A DNA stretch of 64,000 nucleotides from Eubacteriales bacterium (GTDB lineage: Bacteria; Bacillota; Clostridia; Oscillospirales; CAG-272), in the NCBI GenBank assembly GCA_045544955.1, contig JAZPZY010000003.1:5168-69167 (forward strand), in the 5' to 3' direction. A program made the position numbers and the translations under genes. This document shows, piece by piece, positions 18,678 through 29,792 of this stretch. Each line of letters starts with the position of its first letter. The first letter of the stretch is position 1. The notes beneath the pieces are model-generated. The model was not told the DNA's origin and did no database searches. It saw nothing but the letters and a program-made list of their open reading frames with translations.

Positions 18678-19169
18678 TTACTGTGAATTTTTCGGCATAC
18701 GTCCGTACTGCCCGGCGTAGACGCCGGCGTCGTCCCTGAGATATACGTTTTCGATCACGCCGTTTTCTACGAAAGCGATACAGCGTGTGAGCAGATAACT
18801 ACCCTGCCACTCACTGCACACCAGGTGAAAGGACGAAGGGTACTCAAAGGCCCCGGTCGGTGAAAACGTGGGGACAAGCGTCCCGCCCACGGTGGAAAAG
18901 GTATCCCCCTCTACCGTAACGGTGCCGTCATGCGTAGGAGAGCGGAGGAAATACCGCTGCACGTGCACGTGTACGGTTACGTCCACCGTCTCGCCGTACG
19001 GTGCCGTCTCCCCGGCATCCGTCAAGTAAAGCGTAGCGGTATAGATTCGCTGATACGGCAGTTTGAACCAGACGAGGATTCCGATACCGATCAAAATCCC
19101 GATAAGGATCACGGTTTTCTTTTTTTGGGAAACGACGCGCCGGCTTTCGGCAGGAATTTCTCTCTTCAT
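18678..19169 (-). CDS. hypothetical membrane-anchored protein
   Basis: ATG 19169 (MKREIPAESRR...) with a GGAGGTG RBS. Single N-terminal TM helix VILIGILIGIGILVWF. No family recognised. Confidence 0.65.
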   Translation of the reverse strand: MKREIPAESRRVVSQKKKTVILIGILIGIGILVWFKLPYQRIYTATLYLTDAGETAPYGETVDVTVHVHVQRYFLRSPTHDGTVTVEGDTFSTVGGTLVPTFSPTGAFEYPSSFHLVCSEWQGSYLLTRCIAFVENGVIENVYLRDDAGVYAGQYGRMPKNSQ

Positions 19170-19252
19170 CGCACACCTCCGCACTTTTCTTAATCATAAC
19201 ACATCATATTTCAAAAATCAAGAGGCATCCCATGAATAACGTGAGGAAAGAA

Positions 19253-20068
19253 ATGAAAGTATTCGACATTCATACCCACACCTATCCCGAGGCGATTGCG
19301 GAAAAAGCAGTAACCAATCTGGGAAATTTCTATAATTTCATTCCGGAGGGAAAAGGAACGTATGCCCATCTTTCCGCACAGGCAGAGGAAAACTGCGTGA
19401 AAGGATATCTTCTCTTTTCCGTCGCCACCAACGCCCATCAGGTGCAGAAGGTGAACGATTCCATCGCGGCACTGGCTGAGAGATCCCGGGAGGAAGGATT
19501 CCTCACCGTGGGGTTTGCCGGCATGCACCAGGATTTTCCCGATTTTGCCGGAGAGATCGACCGAGTGGAAAAGCTGGGGCTGTGCGGTGTGAAGATTCAT
19601 CCGGATATTCAGGGAATCGACATCGACGATCCAAAAATGCTCTCTCTTTACGAAATCGTGGAAGGACGGATGCCCGTGTATTTCCACATCGGCGACGACC
19701 GTCCCCAGTACCGTTTCTCTGAGCCAAAAAAACTTCGCCGTGTTTTGGATATGTTTCCCAAACTGGAAGTAGTAGCAGCCCATCTGGGCGGCTACAAAGC
19801 CACGGAGGAGGCCATCCGGTACCTGGCCGGACATCCCCGTGTATGGTACGATACGTCCAGCTCCCTCTGGCATTTGTGTGCCGGAGAGGCCACCCGCATT
19901 ATCGAGGCGTTGGGACATGAGAGAGTCATGTTCGGTACGGACTACCCGGTGAAAAATCCGGCAACGGAGCTTCAGCTGTTCTCCCGTCTTAACCTCACGG
20001 ACAGCCAGCGGGAGGATATTCTCTGGAACAACGCCATCCGCTTTCTGCATCTGGAGGACAAAGTATGA
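19253..20068 (+). CDS. amidohydrolase-2 type metal-dependent hydrolase
   Basis: MKVFDIHTHTYPEAIAEKAV start (ATG 19253, GAGGAAAG RBS; ATG 19232 is an alternative). TIM-barrel metal-hydrolase pattern with the DIHTH motif. Confidence 0.75.
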   Translation: MKVFDIHTHTYPEAIAEKAVTNLGNFYNFIPEGKGTYAHLSAQAEENCVKGYLLFSVATNAHQVQKVNDSIAALAERSREEGFLTVGFAGMHQDFPDFAGEIDRVEKLGLCGVKIHPDIQGIDIDDPKMLSLYEIVEGRMPVYFHIGDDRPQYRFSEPKKLRRVLDMFPKLEVVAAHLGGYKATEEAIRYLAGHPRVWYDTSSSLWHLCAGEATRIIEALGHERVMFGTDYPVKNPATELQLFSRLNLTDSQREDILWNNAIRFLHLEDKV

Positions 20069-21171
20069 CCGCCCTGTTTTCCCTCGGCCTCACCCGGGAG
20101 GAAACGCTCTGGGAGCGGCTTCGCACCGATTCCCGTCCCATCGTTCTGTACGGCACGGGCAACGGGGCGGACAAAATCATCGATCAGCTTGCCGCCATCG
20201 GACGCACGCCGGCCGGCGTATTTGCCAGCACCGGCTTCGTCCGTGCACGCACGTTCCGGGATATGCCGGTGGAATCCTACGAAGAGACCGTCGCCCGGCT
20301 GGGCGAGGATATCGTGATCCTCATCTCCTTCGGCTCTTCTCTGCCGGAGGTAATGGAGCGAATGTTCGCGCTTTCTGAACGGCACGACACCGCTTTGCCG
20401 GACGTTCCCCTGATCGGCGGTGAGGTATTTACGTGGGAGTACATGGAGAAGCATATTACTGAGATCGAAAAGGTGTACGGACTGCTCCATGATGAAACCT
20501 CCCGTTCGCTGTTTCTTGACATGCTCCGTTACCGGCTGACGGGACGGCTGTCCTGCCTTACAAAAACGGAGGAAAGCGGTGTATCCCTTCGCACCCTCGC
20601 CGATACGGAAAAGATCCGCACGGCCGTGGACGGCGGTGCGTTCAAAGGCGATTCCGCCGAAGTAATACGGGCCGCATGCCCCCATATAGAAAAGATCCTT
20701 GCAGTGGAGGCGGACGCACGCACGGCGAAAAAGCTGGCCGAATACGCCGCCGGTACGAACGGCGTGGTACAACCCGTGCACGCGGCCCTCTGGGACGTGC
20801 CTGACACGCTCACCTATTCCGCCTCCGCCAGCCGTGGTGCGGGTACAGCCGGTACAAACCGGCGGGCACGGGTGGAAACGGTTCCTGCCGATACGGTGGA
20901 CCGCATTGCCGGCGGCACGGTGATCGATCTTCTGAAGCTGGACGTGGAAGGGGCGGAGGCTCGTGCCCTTAAAGGTGCGGATTCCGTCATCCGGCGGGAT
21001 ATGCCGTTGCTTGCCGTTTCCCTGTATCACCGGACGGAAGATCTTTTTTCCCTGCCGCTTACGGTAGCAGAACGGTATAAAGAGTACCGCTTCTTCCTCC
21101 GCCGTGTTCCCTGCGTCCCGGCGTGGGATCTGATGCTGTACGCCATCCCGCCCCGGCTTTGTCGAATATGA
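20065..21171 (+). CDS. FkbM-family methyltransferase
   Basis: AVDGGAFKGDSA and LLKLDVEGAEARALKGA motifs. ATGA start/stop overlap with the upstream amidohydrolase. Confidence 0.8.
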   Translation: MTALFSLGLTREETLWERLRTDSRPIVLYGTGNGADKIIDQLAAIGRTPAGVFASTGFVRARTFRDMPVESYEETVARLGEDIVILISFGSSLPEVMERMFALSERHDTALPDVPLIGGEVFTWEYMEKHITEIEKVYGLLHDETSRSLFLDMLRYRLTGRLSCLTKTEESGVSLRTLADTEKIRTAVDGGAFKGDSAEVIRAACPHIEKILAVEADARTAKKLAEYAAGTNGVVQPVHAALWDVPDTLTYSASASRGAGTAGTNRRARVETVPADTVDRIAGGTVIDLLKLDVEGAEARALKGADSVIRRDMPLLAVSLYHRTEDLFSLPLTVAERYKEYRFFLRRVPCVPAWDLMLYAIPPRLCRI

Positions 21172-21215
21172 CGGAATTATCCGTGGGGAAACGCACGATT
21201 TTGGCGTCTCCCCAC

Positions 21216-21244
21216 TTGACATCTTCTGCAAAAAAATGTATAAT
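21216..21244 (+). promoter_or_regulatory. sigma-A type promoter of the pyr operon
   Basis: TTGACA (21216-21221), 17 nt, TATAAT (21239-21244). Confidence 0.75.
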
Positions 21245-21261
21245 ATATAAGATAAAAATCT

Positions 21262-21331
21262 TTAAGCGGTACAGAGAGACCGGCAAGATTTGAGAGAGTG
21301 CAGGATGAGGCAGCAGTCTGCCGTTTTGTTG
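21262..21331 (+). promoter_or_regulatory. PyrR-type transcription attenuator (binding-loop-like hairpin plus short terminator)
   Basis: GGUACAGAGAGACCGGCAAG (21268-21287) resembles the PyrR binding-loop consensus (..CCAGAGAGG...GCAAG), recalled from the B. subtilis pyr leaders. It is followed by GGCAG-CAGT-CTGCC and GTTTTGTTG (21309-21331). The stem is only 5 bp. Confidence 0.5.
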
Positions 21332-21379
21332 TGCTGTCGTCTTGTCCGCCGTCGGTCATCTATCCGATCCGGAGGAAGT

Positions 21380-22633
21380 ATGAACGTTCAATTTACCAAG
21401 GACACTGTCATCGGTGAGAAGAAAACATCCTTTATTTCCGACGATTCATTCCCTGCCTTCAAATATCTGAATACAAGCCACGCTGTTCTTGATACAGCGT
21501 CCTGTTTTGTTCTTCCCAGTTTTGCGGACGTGCACGTGCATCTCCGTGAGCCGGGATTTTCTTATAAGGAGACGATTTTCTCCGGCACGGCCGCGGCGGC
21601 ACGGGGCGGATACACCGCCGTCTGTGCCATGCCCAATCTGCTTCCCGTCCCCGACTCAGACGGGCACCTTGCCGCACAGGAAGAGATCATCAAACGGGAC
21701 GCCAGAATCGACGTGTACCCTTACGGTGCCATCACCGTGGGCGAAAAAGGCGAAGAACTTTCCGATATGGATGCCATGGCATCCCGGGTCATTGCCTTCT
21801 CCGATGACGGACGGGGCGTACAGAATGAAGATATGATGCGCCTGGCCATGAGGAAAGCCAAGACCCTCGGCAAGATGATCGTGGCACACTGTGAGGTAAA
21901 CGATCTGCTTCACGGCGGATGCATCCACGACGGTGCCTACGCCGCCGCACACGGTCTGCCGGGCATCTGCAGTGAAAGCGAATGGCGGCAGGTGGAGCGT
22001 GACATAAAACTGGCGGCGGAAACGGGCTGTGCCTATCACGTCTGCCACATCTCCACGAAAGAAAGCGTAGCACTGATCCGAAAGGCAAAAGCCTCCGGTA
22101 TTGACGTAACCTGCGAGACGGCACCCCATTATCTTCTCATGCACGACGGCATGCTGAAGGACGAAGGGCGTTTCAAGATGAATCCCCCGCTTCGTGCCGA
22201 GGCGGACAGGGACGCCCTTCTTGAAGGAATCACAGACGGAACGATCGACATGATCGCCACCGACCACGCACCCCATTCCGCCGAGGAAAAATCCAAGGGA
22301 CTGCTCCATTCCAACATGGGCATCGTAGGCATTGAGACGGCGTTCCCCCTGCTCTACACCTATCTTGTGAAAAGAGGCGTGATCACTCTGGAAAAGCTGA
22401 TCGCACTCATGAGCGAAAATCCCCGAAAGCGGTTTGGCATTCCGGGCGGTCTTGAAAACGGCTTCTTCACCGTTTTCGACGCGAGTGCGGTCTACGAAAT
22501 TGACCCTGATGAATTTCTTTCCATGGGCAAAAGCACGCCCTTCACCGGCTGGGAAGTATCCGGCCGCTGCCGGCTGACCGTCTGCCGGGGCAAGGTAGTC
22601 TTTTCGGACGGCGCGATCCTTCAAACAGTTTGA
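21380..22633 (+). CDS. pyrC: dihydroorotase
   Basis: ATG 21380 with a GGAGGA RBS; the track start at 21290 reads through the leader. FADVHVHLREPGFSYKETI and ATDHAPH motifs. Confidence 0.9.
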   Translation: MNVQFTKDTVIGEKKTSFISDDSFPAFKYLNTSHAVLDTASCFVLPSFADVHVHLREPGFSYKETIFSGTAAAARGGYTAVCAMPNLLPVPDSDGHLAAQEEIIKRDARIDVYPYGAITVGEKGEELSDMDAMASRVIAFSDDGRGVQNEDMMRLAMRKAKTLGKMIVAHCEVNDLLHGGCIHDGAYAAAHGLPGICSESEWRQVERDIKLAAETGCAYHVCHISTKESVALIRKAKASGIDVTCETAPHYLLMHDGMLKDEGRFKMNPPLRAEADRDALLEGITDGTIDMIATDHAPHSAEEKSKGLLHSNMGIVGIETAFPLLYTYLVKRGVITLEKLIALMSENPRKRFGIPGGLENGFFTVFDASAVYEIDPDEFLSMGKSTPFTGWEVSGRCRLTVCRGKVVFSDGAILQTV

Positions 22634-22678
22634 TAATAGTTTGATAATAATTAAAATAACATAGAGGAGACGAGAAGT

Positions 22679-25600
22679 ATGGCAAAGAGAACGGATATTA
22701 AGAAAATTATGATTATCGGCTCCGGCCCGATCGTGATCGGACAGGCAGCGGAATTTGACTATGCAGGCACCCAGGCGTGTCTGGCGCTGAAAGAAGAAGG
22801 ATACGAGGTCGTTCTTCTGAACTCCAATCCTGCCACCATCATGACGGACACGTCCATTGCGGACAAGGTATACATGGAGCCTTTGACGCTGGAATACGTG
22901 GCACGCATCATGCGGACCGAGCGTCCCGACGCCATCATCCCCGGCATCGGAGGTCAGACCGGTCTGAACCTTGCCATGCAGCTTCAGCAGAAGGGGATTC
23001 TGAAGGAATGTCAGTGCCAGCTTCTGGGCACCAGCAGCGAGAGCATCGAGAAAGCGGAAGACCGTCAGATGTTCAAGGATCTCTGCGAGGAGATCGGTGA
23101 GCCGGTCATCCCCTCGGAGATCACCTACTCCGTGGAGGAAGCCTGTGCCGCCGCCGAGCGGATCGGCTATCCCGTGGTTCTTCGCCCTGCCTTTACCCTG
23201 GGCGGCACGGGCGGCGGCTTCGCCTATTCCCGTGAGGAGCTCGTCCCCATGATGGAGAACGCACTGAAGCTTTCTCCCGTGCACGAGGTGCTGATCGAAA
23301 AGAGCGTCCGCGGCTACAAGGAGATCGAGTTTGAGGTCATGCGTGACGCCACCGACCACGCCATCACCATCTGCGGTATGGAAAACGTGGACCCGGTCGG
23401 CGTGCACACCGGTGACTCCGTGGTGGTGGCACCGATCCTGACCCTCAGTGAGCCGGATTTCAATATGCTTCGCGACAGTGCTCTGAAAATCATCCGTGCG
23501 TTGAAGATCGAAGGCGGATGCAACGTACAGTACGCACTGGATCCCCACTCCTCCCAGTATTATCTCATCGAGGTCAACCCCCGCGTTTCCCGCTCCTCCG
23601 CCCTTGCCTCCAAGGCAAGCGGCTATCCCATCGCCCGGGTTACCGCCAAGATCGCCGTGGGCATGACCCTTGAGGAGATCAAGATCGCCAACACGACGGC
23701 GGCGTTTGAGCCCGTTCTCGACTATATGGTGGCAAAACTGCCCCGTTTCCCCTTTGATAAATTCGCCTCCGCCACCAACAAGCTGGGCACCCAGATGAAG
23801 GCTACCGGTGAAGTGATGGCCATCGGCGCCTCCTTTACCGAGTGTCTGCTGAAAGCAGTACGTTCTCTGGAAATCGGCGTCTGCCATCTCCATATGCCCA
23901 AATTCGACGGCATGACCGACGAGGCACTGACGGAGTACCTGTCCGAGTTCCGTGACGATACCCTTTACGCTGCGGCAGAACTGATGCGTCGCGGCGTCAC
24001 CGTAGAAAAGCTTTACGAGATCACGAAGATCACCCCCTACTTCCTTGAGGGAATCAAGAGCATCGTTTCGTACGAAGCGGTACTCAAGGATAACCCCATG
24101 AACGTGGACGTGCTGAAAGAGGCCAAGAAGATCGGCTTCTCCGATAAATTTATCGCCAAGCTCTGGAAGGTAGCGGAAACCAACGTATGGAAAATGCGTG
24201 TGGACGAGAAGATCCTCCCCGCATTCCGCATGGTAGACACCTGCCATACCGGTGCCTACATTCCCTACTTCTACTCCAGCTACACCGGCGAGCATCAGTC
24301 CATCGTCACCGACCGCAAAAAGACGGTGGTGCTGGGTGCCGGCCCGATCCGCATCGGCCAGGGCGTGGAATTTGACTACTCCACCGTACATGCCGTACAG
24401 ACGATCCGCTCCGCCGGATACGAATCCATTATCATCAACAACAACCCGGAAACGGTTTCCACCGACTACACCACTGCCGACAAGCTGTACTTTGAGCCGC
24501 TGACGCCGGAGGACGTGATGAACATCCTCATGTACGAAAACGCCTACGACGTCATCGCTTCTCTGGGCGGTCAGACCGCCATCAATCTTGCTGAGCCCTT
24601 GATGCGCCGGGGCGTACGGATCATCGGTACCGACGTGGAGGCCATCGACCGGGCGGAGGACCGCCGTGCCTTTGAGGCAATTCTGCAGAGTTTGCACATT
24701 CCCCAGCCGGAAGGACGTGCCGTCACCAACATCGAAGACGGCGTACAGGCTGCCGAAGCGGTGGGCTATCCCGTGCTGGTTCGTCCCAGTTTCGTGCTGG
24801 GCGGCCGTGCCATGCAGATCGTGTCCAACGAACCCCAGCTTCGCCAGTATCTGAAGACGGCCGTGGAAATCGACGAGGACAAGCCCGTTCTGGTTGACCA
24901 CTACATCCGCGGACGGGAAGTGGAGATCGACGCTATCTGTGACGGACGGGACGTATTCGTGCCCGGCATCATGGAGCTGGTAGAGCGTACCGGCGTACAC
25001 AGCGGCGACTCCATCAGCGTATATCCCACCTTCAGCATTTCCGACCGGGTGAAGGGCATCATCCTTGATTACGCCAAAAAGCTCGGCCTGGGCATCGGTA
25101 TCGTGGGTCTTTACAACATTCAGTTCATCGTGGACGACAAAGACGACGTGTACGTAATTGAGGTAAATCCCCGTTCCTCCCGTACCGTTCCGTTCCTCTC
25201 CAAGGCAACCGGCTTCAGCCTGGCAGATATCGCCACCAACGTGATCCTCGGCAAGTCTTTGAAGGAACAGGGCATTTTCGATCTGTATCCGGCACAGAAA
25301 AAACGCTGGTACGTAAAGGTGCCCGTATTCTCCTTCTCCAAACTCCACGGCATGGATGCGTATCTCTCTCCCGAGATGAAGTCCACCGGTGAGGCCATCG
25401 GCTACGACGACCGCCTCAACCGGGCTGTATACAAGGCACTGCAGGCATCCGGCATGCAGCTGCAGAATTACGGCACCGTGCTTGCCACCATCACCGAGCG
25501 GGACAAAGAAGAAGCTCTGCCGCTGATCCGCCGGTTCTACGATCTCGGCTTCAACATTGAGGCTACCACCGGCACGGCTAAATTTTTGAAAGAGCACGGC

Positions 25601-25867
25601 ATCCGCACCCGTCCCCGTCAGAAGATCTCCGAAAACAGTGACGATATTCCCGAGGCACTCCGCCAGGGACACATCGCCTACGTGATCAATACCCGGGACG
25701 TTGGCTCCCTGCACGAGCAGGCGGACGGCTACGAGATCCGCAAATGTGCCATTGAAAACAGCGTTACCATGTTCACCTCGCTGGATACCGTTCGCGTACT
25801 GCTGGACGTACTGGAAGAAACCACGATCCGTATCTCCACCATCGACAGCAAAGGGGCAAACGAATGA
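22679..25867 (+). CDS. carB: carbamoyl-phosphate synthase large subunit
   Basis: 1062 aa. Duplicated ATP-grasp halves (IMIIGSGPIVIGQAAEFDYAGTQA / VVLGAGPIRIGQGVEFDYSTVHA) and a C-terminal MGS-like domain. Confidence 0.95.
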   Translation: MAKRTDIKKIMIIGSGPIVIGQAAEFDYAGTQACLALKEEGYEVVLLNSNPATIMTDTSIADKVYMEPLTLEYVARIMRTERPDAIIPGIGGQTGLNLAMQLQQKGILKECQCQLLGTSSESIEKAEDRQMFKDLCEEIGEPVIPSEITYSVEEACAAAERIGYPVVLRPAFTLGGTGGGFAYSREELVPMMENALKLSPVHEVLIEKSVRGYKEIEFEVMRDATDHAITICGMENVDPVGVHTGDSVVVAPILTLSEPDFNMLRDSALKIIRALKIEGGCNVQYALDPHSSQYYLIEVNPRVSRSSALASKASGYPIARVTAKIAVGMTLEEIKIANTTAAFEPVLDYMVAKLPRFPFDKFASATNKLGTQMKATGEVMAIGASFTECLLKAVRSLEIGVCHLHMPKFDGMTDEALTEYLSEFRDDTLYAAAELMRRGVTVEKLYEITKITPYFLEGIKSIVSYEAVLKDNPMNVDVLKEAKKIGFSDKFIAKLWKVAETNVWKMRVDEKILPAFRMVDTCHTGAYIPYFYSSYTGEHQSIVTDRKKTVVLGAGPIRIGQGVEFDYSTVHAVQTIRSAGYESIIINNNPETVSTDYTTADKLYFEPLTPEDVMNILMYENAYDVIASLGGQTAINLAEPLMRRGVRIIGTDVEAIDRAEDRRAFEAILQSLHIPQPEGRAVTNIEDGVQAAEAVGYPVLVRPSFVLGGRAMQIVSNEPQLRQYLKTAVEIDEDKPVLVDHYIRGREVEIDAICDGRDVFVPGIMELVERTGVHSGDSISVYPTFSISDRVKGIILDYAKKLGLGIGIVGLYNIQFIVDDKDDVYVIEVNPRSSRTVPFLSKATGFSLADIATNVILGKSLKEQGIFDLYPAQKKRWYVKVPVFSFSKLHGMDAYLSPEMKSTGEAIGYDDRLNRAVYKALQASGMQLQNYGTVLATITERDKEEALPLIRRFYDLGFNIEATTGTAKFLKEHGIRTRPRQKISENSDDIPEALRQGHIAYVINTRDVGSLHEQADGYEIRKCAIENSVTMFTSLDTVRVLLDVLEETTIRISTIDSKGANE

Positions 25868-26598
25868 AACAGGGACTGTTCACGATTAAGGAAAACCGTG
25901 CACTGACACGGGATATGTACGAAATGGTCCTCTCCGGCGATACCTCCGACGTCACCGCCCCGGGCCAGTTCGTAAACATCAAGCTGGACGGATTTTTCCT
26001 CCGTCGGCCCATCTCTGTCTGCAACGTGGAGGGAGATACGCTGACGCTGCTCTACAAGGCAGTCGGAAAAGGCACGGAGGCAATGGCAAACATGCAGCCG
26101 GGCACCGTTCTGGATATTCTCACAGGTCTTGGCAACGGTTATGACACGTCCAAAAGCGGCGACGCACCTCTGCTGGTTGGCGGCGGTGCCGGCGTGCCGC
26201 CCATGTATCTTCTGGCCCGCCGGCTCACTCACGAGGGCAAAAAGGTAACGGTTATTCTGGGCTTTAACACGAAGGCGGAAATCTTCTACCGGGATGCATT
26301 TGAAAAGTTGGGTGCCGCCGTGCTGATCTCCACCGTGGACGGGACGGAAGGCGTAAAGGGCTTCGTTACGGATGCCCTCGCCGGTGCCGGTGCGTACACC
26401 TACACCTACGCCTGCGGTCCGGAGCCCATGCTGAAGGCTTTGTACAACGCCACGGAGGTTTCCGGACAGTACAGTTTTGAGGAGCGTATGGGATGCGGCT
26501 TCGGTGCCTGCATGGGATGCTCCTGCAAGACGAAATACGGAAACAAACGGATCTGCCGTGACGGCCCGGTTCTCGAAAAGGAGGAGATCATATGGTAA
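25864..26598 (+). CDS. pyrK: dihydroorotate dehydrogenase B, electron-transfer subunit
   Basis: 244 aa. FAD/NAD-binding fold and C-terminal 2Fe-2S cysteines [15 protein letters not shown] overlap with carB. Confidence 0.9.
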   Translation: MKQGLFTIKENRALTRDMYEMVLSGDTSDVTAPGQFVNIKLDGFFLRRPISVCNVEGDTLTLLYKAVGKGTEAMANMQPGTVLDILTGLGNGYDTSKSGDAPLLVGGGAGVPPMYLLARRLTHEGKKVTVILGFNTKAEIFYRDAFEKLGAAVLISTVDGTEGVKGFVTDALAGAGAYTYTYACGPEPMLKALYNATEVSGQYSFEERMGCGFGACMGCSCKTKYGNKRICRDGPVLEKEEIIW

Positions 26599-27503
26599 AT
26601 ACGCAAGTCACGCTGTCCGGCGTAACGCTCAGCAATCCCATTATTCCTGCCAGCGGTACGTTCGGCTTCGGCTACGAATTTGCGGAGTTGTACGACATCA
26701 ACGTACTGGGCTCCCTCTCCTTCAAGGGAACCACGAAAGAACCCCGTTTCGGCAATCCTACGCCGCGTATTGCAGAATGTCCGGCCGGCATGATCAACGC
26801 AGTCGGTCTGCAGAATCCCGGCATCGACGCAGTCATCGCGGAAGAGCTGCCCCGTCTGCGTAAGGTATTCCACAAACCGATCATCGCCAACATCGGCGGA
26901 TTTTCCGTGGAGGAATACGTACACTGCTGCGAACGGATCGATAAAGAAGAGGGCGTTTCCCTCATCGAAGTAAACATCAGCTGTCCCAACGTACACGGCG
27001 GCGGTATGAGTTTCGGTACGTCTCCCGAGGCGGCCGCGGAAGTGACCCGCGCCGTAAAAGCGGTAACGAAAAAGCCTGTGTACATCAAGCTTTCTCCCAA
27101 CGTGACGGATATCGTTTCCATCGCAAAAGCCTGTGAAGAGGCCGGTGCGGACGGCATCAGCATGATCAACACCCTGCTTGGTATGCGGATCGATCTCAAA
27201 AAAAGAGCCCCCATCATCGCAAACAAAATGGGCGGTTTCTCCGGCAGTGCCATCTTCCCGGTGGCACTCCGCATGATCTGGCAGGTCTACGAAGCGGTAA
27301 AAATCCCGATCATCGGCATCGGCGGCGTTTCCACCGCTGAGCACGTCATCGAAATGATGCTGGCTGGTGCCAGTGCCGTACAGATCGGTGCGGCCAATTT
27401 GGTGGATCCCTTCGTATGCAAGACGGTTATTGAGGATCTTCCCGCCGTTATGGCAAAATATAAAATTGAAAATCTTTCAGATATTATTGGAGGTGCACAC
27501 TGA
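26592..27503 (+). CDS. pyrD: dihydroorotate dehydrogenase B, catalytic subunit
   Basis: 303 aa. [13 protein letters not shown] and VNISCPNV motifs of class-1 DHODH. Confidence 0.9.
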   Translation: MVNTQVTLSGVTLSNPIIPASGTFGFGYEFAELYDINVLGSLSFKGTTKEPRFGNPTPRIAECPAGMINAVGLQNPGIDAVIAEELPRLRKVFHKPIIANIGGFSVEEYVHCCERIDKEEGVSLIEVNISCPNVHGGGMSFGTSPEAAAEVTRAVKAVTKKPVYIKLSPNVTDIVSIAKACEEAGADGISMINTLLGMRIDLKKRAPIIANKMGGFSGSAIFPVALRMIWQVYEAVKIPIIGIGGVSTAEHVIEMMLAGASAVQIGAANLVDPFVCKTVIEDLPAVMAKYKIENLSDIIGGAH

Positions 27504-28201
27504 TGGGCAAGGACGTAATCATCGCCTGCGATTTTTCTTCCCGTGAAGACACGCTGGCATTTCTGGACAAGTTTGAAGGCAAAAAACCGTTCGTAAAGAT
27601 CGGTATGGAGCTGTACTACGCAGAGGGACCCGCCATTGTAAAGGATATCAAGGCACGCGGTCATAAGATCTTCCTCGATCTGAAGCTGCACGACATTCCC
27701 AACACGGTGAAAAAGGCCATGGCCGTACTCTCCCGCCTGGACGTGGATATGACGAACCTCCACGCCGCCGGTACGAAAGCCATGATGGAAGCCGCTATCG
27801 AAGGACTCACCAAGCCCGACGGAAGCCGCCCCATGCTGATTGCCGTTACCCAGCTCACCTCCACCGATGAGGAGAGAATGCACAGTGAACTGCTGGTGCA
27901 GGGTGCTATGCCCGACGTTGTTATGCATTACGCACAGAACGCCGCCGCCGCCGGTCTGGACGGCGTGGTATGCTCGCCGCTGGAAGCAGGCGTTGTGCAC
28001 GAGAAATGCGGCAAAAACTTCGTAACCGTAACCCCCGGCGTCCGTTTTGCCGACGGAGACGTGGGCGATCAGAAGCGGGTAATGACGCCGGCTGAAGCGA
28101 AGAAGATCGGCTCCGATTACATCGTAGTGGGCCGCCCCATCACGGCCGCCGCCGATCCGGTTGCCGCATACGAGCGGTGCGTTGCCGAGTTTGTTGACTG
28201 A
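27503..28201 (+). CDS. pyrF: orotidine-5'-phosphate decarboxylase
   Basis: 232 aa. [13 protein letters not shown] and IVVGRPIT motifs. Confidence 0.9.
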   Translation: MGKDVIIACDFSSREDTLAFLDKFEGKKPFVKIGMELYYAEGPAIVKDIKARGHKIFLDLKLHDIPNTVKKAMAVLSRLDVDMTNLHAAGTKAMMEAAIEGLTKPDGSRPMLIAVTQLTSTDEERMHSELLVQGAMPDVVMHYAQNAAAAGLDGVVCSPLEAGVVHEKCGKNFVTVTPGVRFADGDVGDQKRVMTPAEAKKIGSDYIVVGRPITAAADPVAAYERCVAEFVD

Positions 28202-28221
28202 TTACGAGAGGAGAAAAGAGA

Positions 28222-28878
28222 ATGGAAAGCTATAAGAGAGAGTTTATACAGTTTCTGGAGAGTGCCGGCGTTCTGAAGTTCGGTGATTTCACCGCAAAAA
28301 GCGGCCGGAAGATTCCCTATTTCATCAACGCAGGCATGATCAAAACGGGCGAGGAGATCGCAAAACTGGGCGAATTTTACGCCAAAGCGTATTTTGACAA
28401 GCTGGGCAAAAAGCCTGCCGTACTGTACGGACCTGCCTACAAGGGCATCTCCATTGCCGTTTCCGCCGCCGTGGCTCTGTCCAAAAGCGATCTCAACGTG
28501 CCCTTCTTCTTCAACCGTAAGGAAGTGAAGGATCACGGAGAGGGCGGCGTATTCGTTGGATATGTTCCCACCGCCGGTGAGGAAGTGGTCATCGTAGAGG
28601 ACGTGATCACCGCCGGCACCGCCATCCGGGAGAGCATGGCTATCCTCTCAAATCTGGAGGGAGTAAAGGTGGCCGCCACCTTCGTTATGGTAGACCGCAA
28701 GGAAAAAGGCCAGGGCGAAAAGGGTGCCATGGCGGAAATCGAAGAAGAATTCGGCTTCCCCGTGTACTCCGTAGTGGACGTATACGACATCATCGAATAT
28801 CTGGAAGAGGATGCCGCCAACGCGGAGAACGTAGCACGCATCAAGAACTATCTCACCATATACGGAGCAAAAGCATGA
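28222..28878 (+). CDS. pyrE: orotate phosphoribosyltransferase
   Basis: 218 aa. PRPP-binding loop [13 protein letters not shown]. Confidence 0.9.
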   Translation: MESYKREFIQFLESAGVLKFGDFTAKSGRKIPYFINAGMIKTGEEIAKLGEFYAKAYFDKLGKKPAVLYGPAYKGISIAVSAAVALSKSDLNVPFFFNRKEVKDHGEGGVFVGYVPTAGEEVVIVEDVITAGTAIRESMAILSNLEGVKVAATFVMVDRKEKGQGEKGAMAEIEEEFGFPVYSVVDVYDIIEYLEEDAANAENVARIKNYLTIYGAKA

Positions 28879-29792
28879 GAAGCCTCATTGATATTCAACA
28901 GCTCTCCGTCAAGGAAATCGAAGACTTGATGGACTGTGCGGACGACATTATTGAAAATCCGAAAAAATACGAAAACGCCTGCCGGGGCAAAAAGCTTGCC
29001 ACGCTGTTCTTTGAGCCCTCCACCCGTACCCGTCTCAGCTTTGAGGCGGCCATGTACGAGCTGGGCGGCAACGTGCTGGGCTTTTCCGAGGCACAGAGCA
29101 GTTCTGCCGCCAAGGGCGAAAGCGTTGCCGATACGGCAAAAACGGTCAGCTGCTATGCAGATATCATCGCTATGCGTCACCCCAAAGAAGGTGCTCCGCT
29201 GGTAGCCTCCATGAACGCTTCCGTACCGGTGATCAACGCCGGTGACGGCGGACACAATCACCCCACCCAGACGCTGGCAGATCTTCTGACCATCCGTCGG
29301 GAAAAGGGACGCATCCGTGATTTCACCATCGGCTTCTGCGGAGACTTAAAATTCGGACGCACCGTACACTCCCTGATCTCTGCACTCTCCCGGTACAGCG
29401 GTATCAAGGTAGTGCTCATCTCCCCGGAGGAGCTGCAGCTGCCCGGCTACATAAAACGGGATATTCTGGAGAAAAACGGCATCGGCTACGAGGAAACCAC
29501 CGATCTTGCAGAGGTGCTTCCCGCTCTTGATATTCTCTACATGACGCGCGTGCAGAGAGAGCGTTTCTTCAGTGAGGAGGAATACCTGCGGCTGAAGGAC
29601 AGCTACATTCTTACGCCGGAGAAGCTCACGGCGGCAAAGCCGGATCTTTCTGTGCTCCATCCCCTGCCCCGTGTGAATGAAATCGCCGTGGGCGTGGACG
29701 CCGATCCCCGCGCCTGCTATTTCAAGCAGGTGCTGAACGGCAAATATATGCGTATGGCTCTGATTCTGAAACTGCTGGAGGTAACGGTATGA
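28875..29792 (+). CDS. pyrB: aspartate carbamoyltransferase catalytic subunit
   Basis: 305 aa. [13 protein letters not shown] and HPLPR motifs. Confidence 0.95.
   Translation: MRSLIDIQQLSVKEIEDLMDCADDIIENPKKYENACRGKKLATLFFEPSTRTRLSFEAAMYELGGNVLGFSEAQSSSAAKGESVADTAKTVSCYADIIAMRHPKEGAPLVASMNASVPVINAGDGGHNHPTQTLADLLTIRREKGRIRDFTIGFCGDLKFGRTVHSLISALSRYSGIKVVLISPEELQLPGYIKRDILEKNGIGYEETTDLAEVLPALDILYMTRVQRERFFSEEEYLRLKDSYILTPEKLTAAKPDLSVLHPLPRVNEIAVGVDADPRACYFKQVLNGKYMRMALILKLLEVTV

Noticed and set aside
21656-25714. 1352-aa ORF on the minus strand
   Set aside because: It is exactly antisense to carB, whose product is unmistakable. Its translation is low-complexity and rich in G/V/H/D, and it has no RBS. 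This is a typical stop-poor antisense frame of GC-rich coding DNA.
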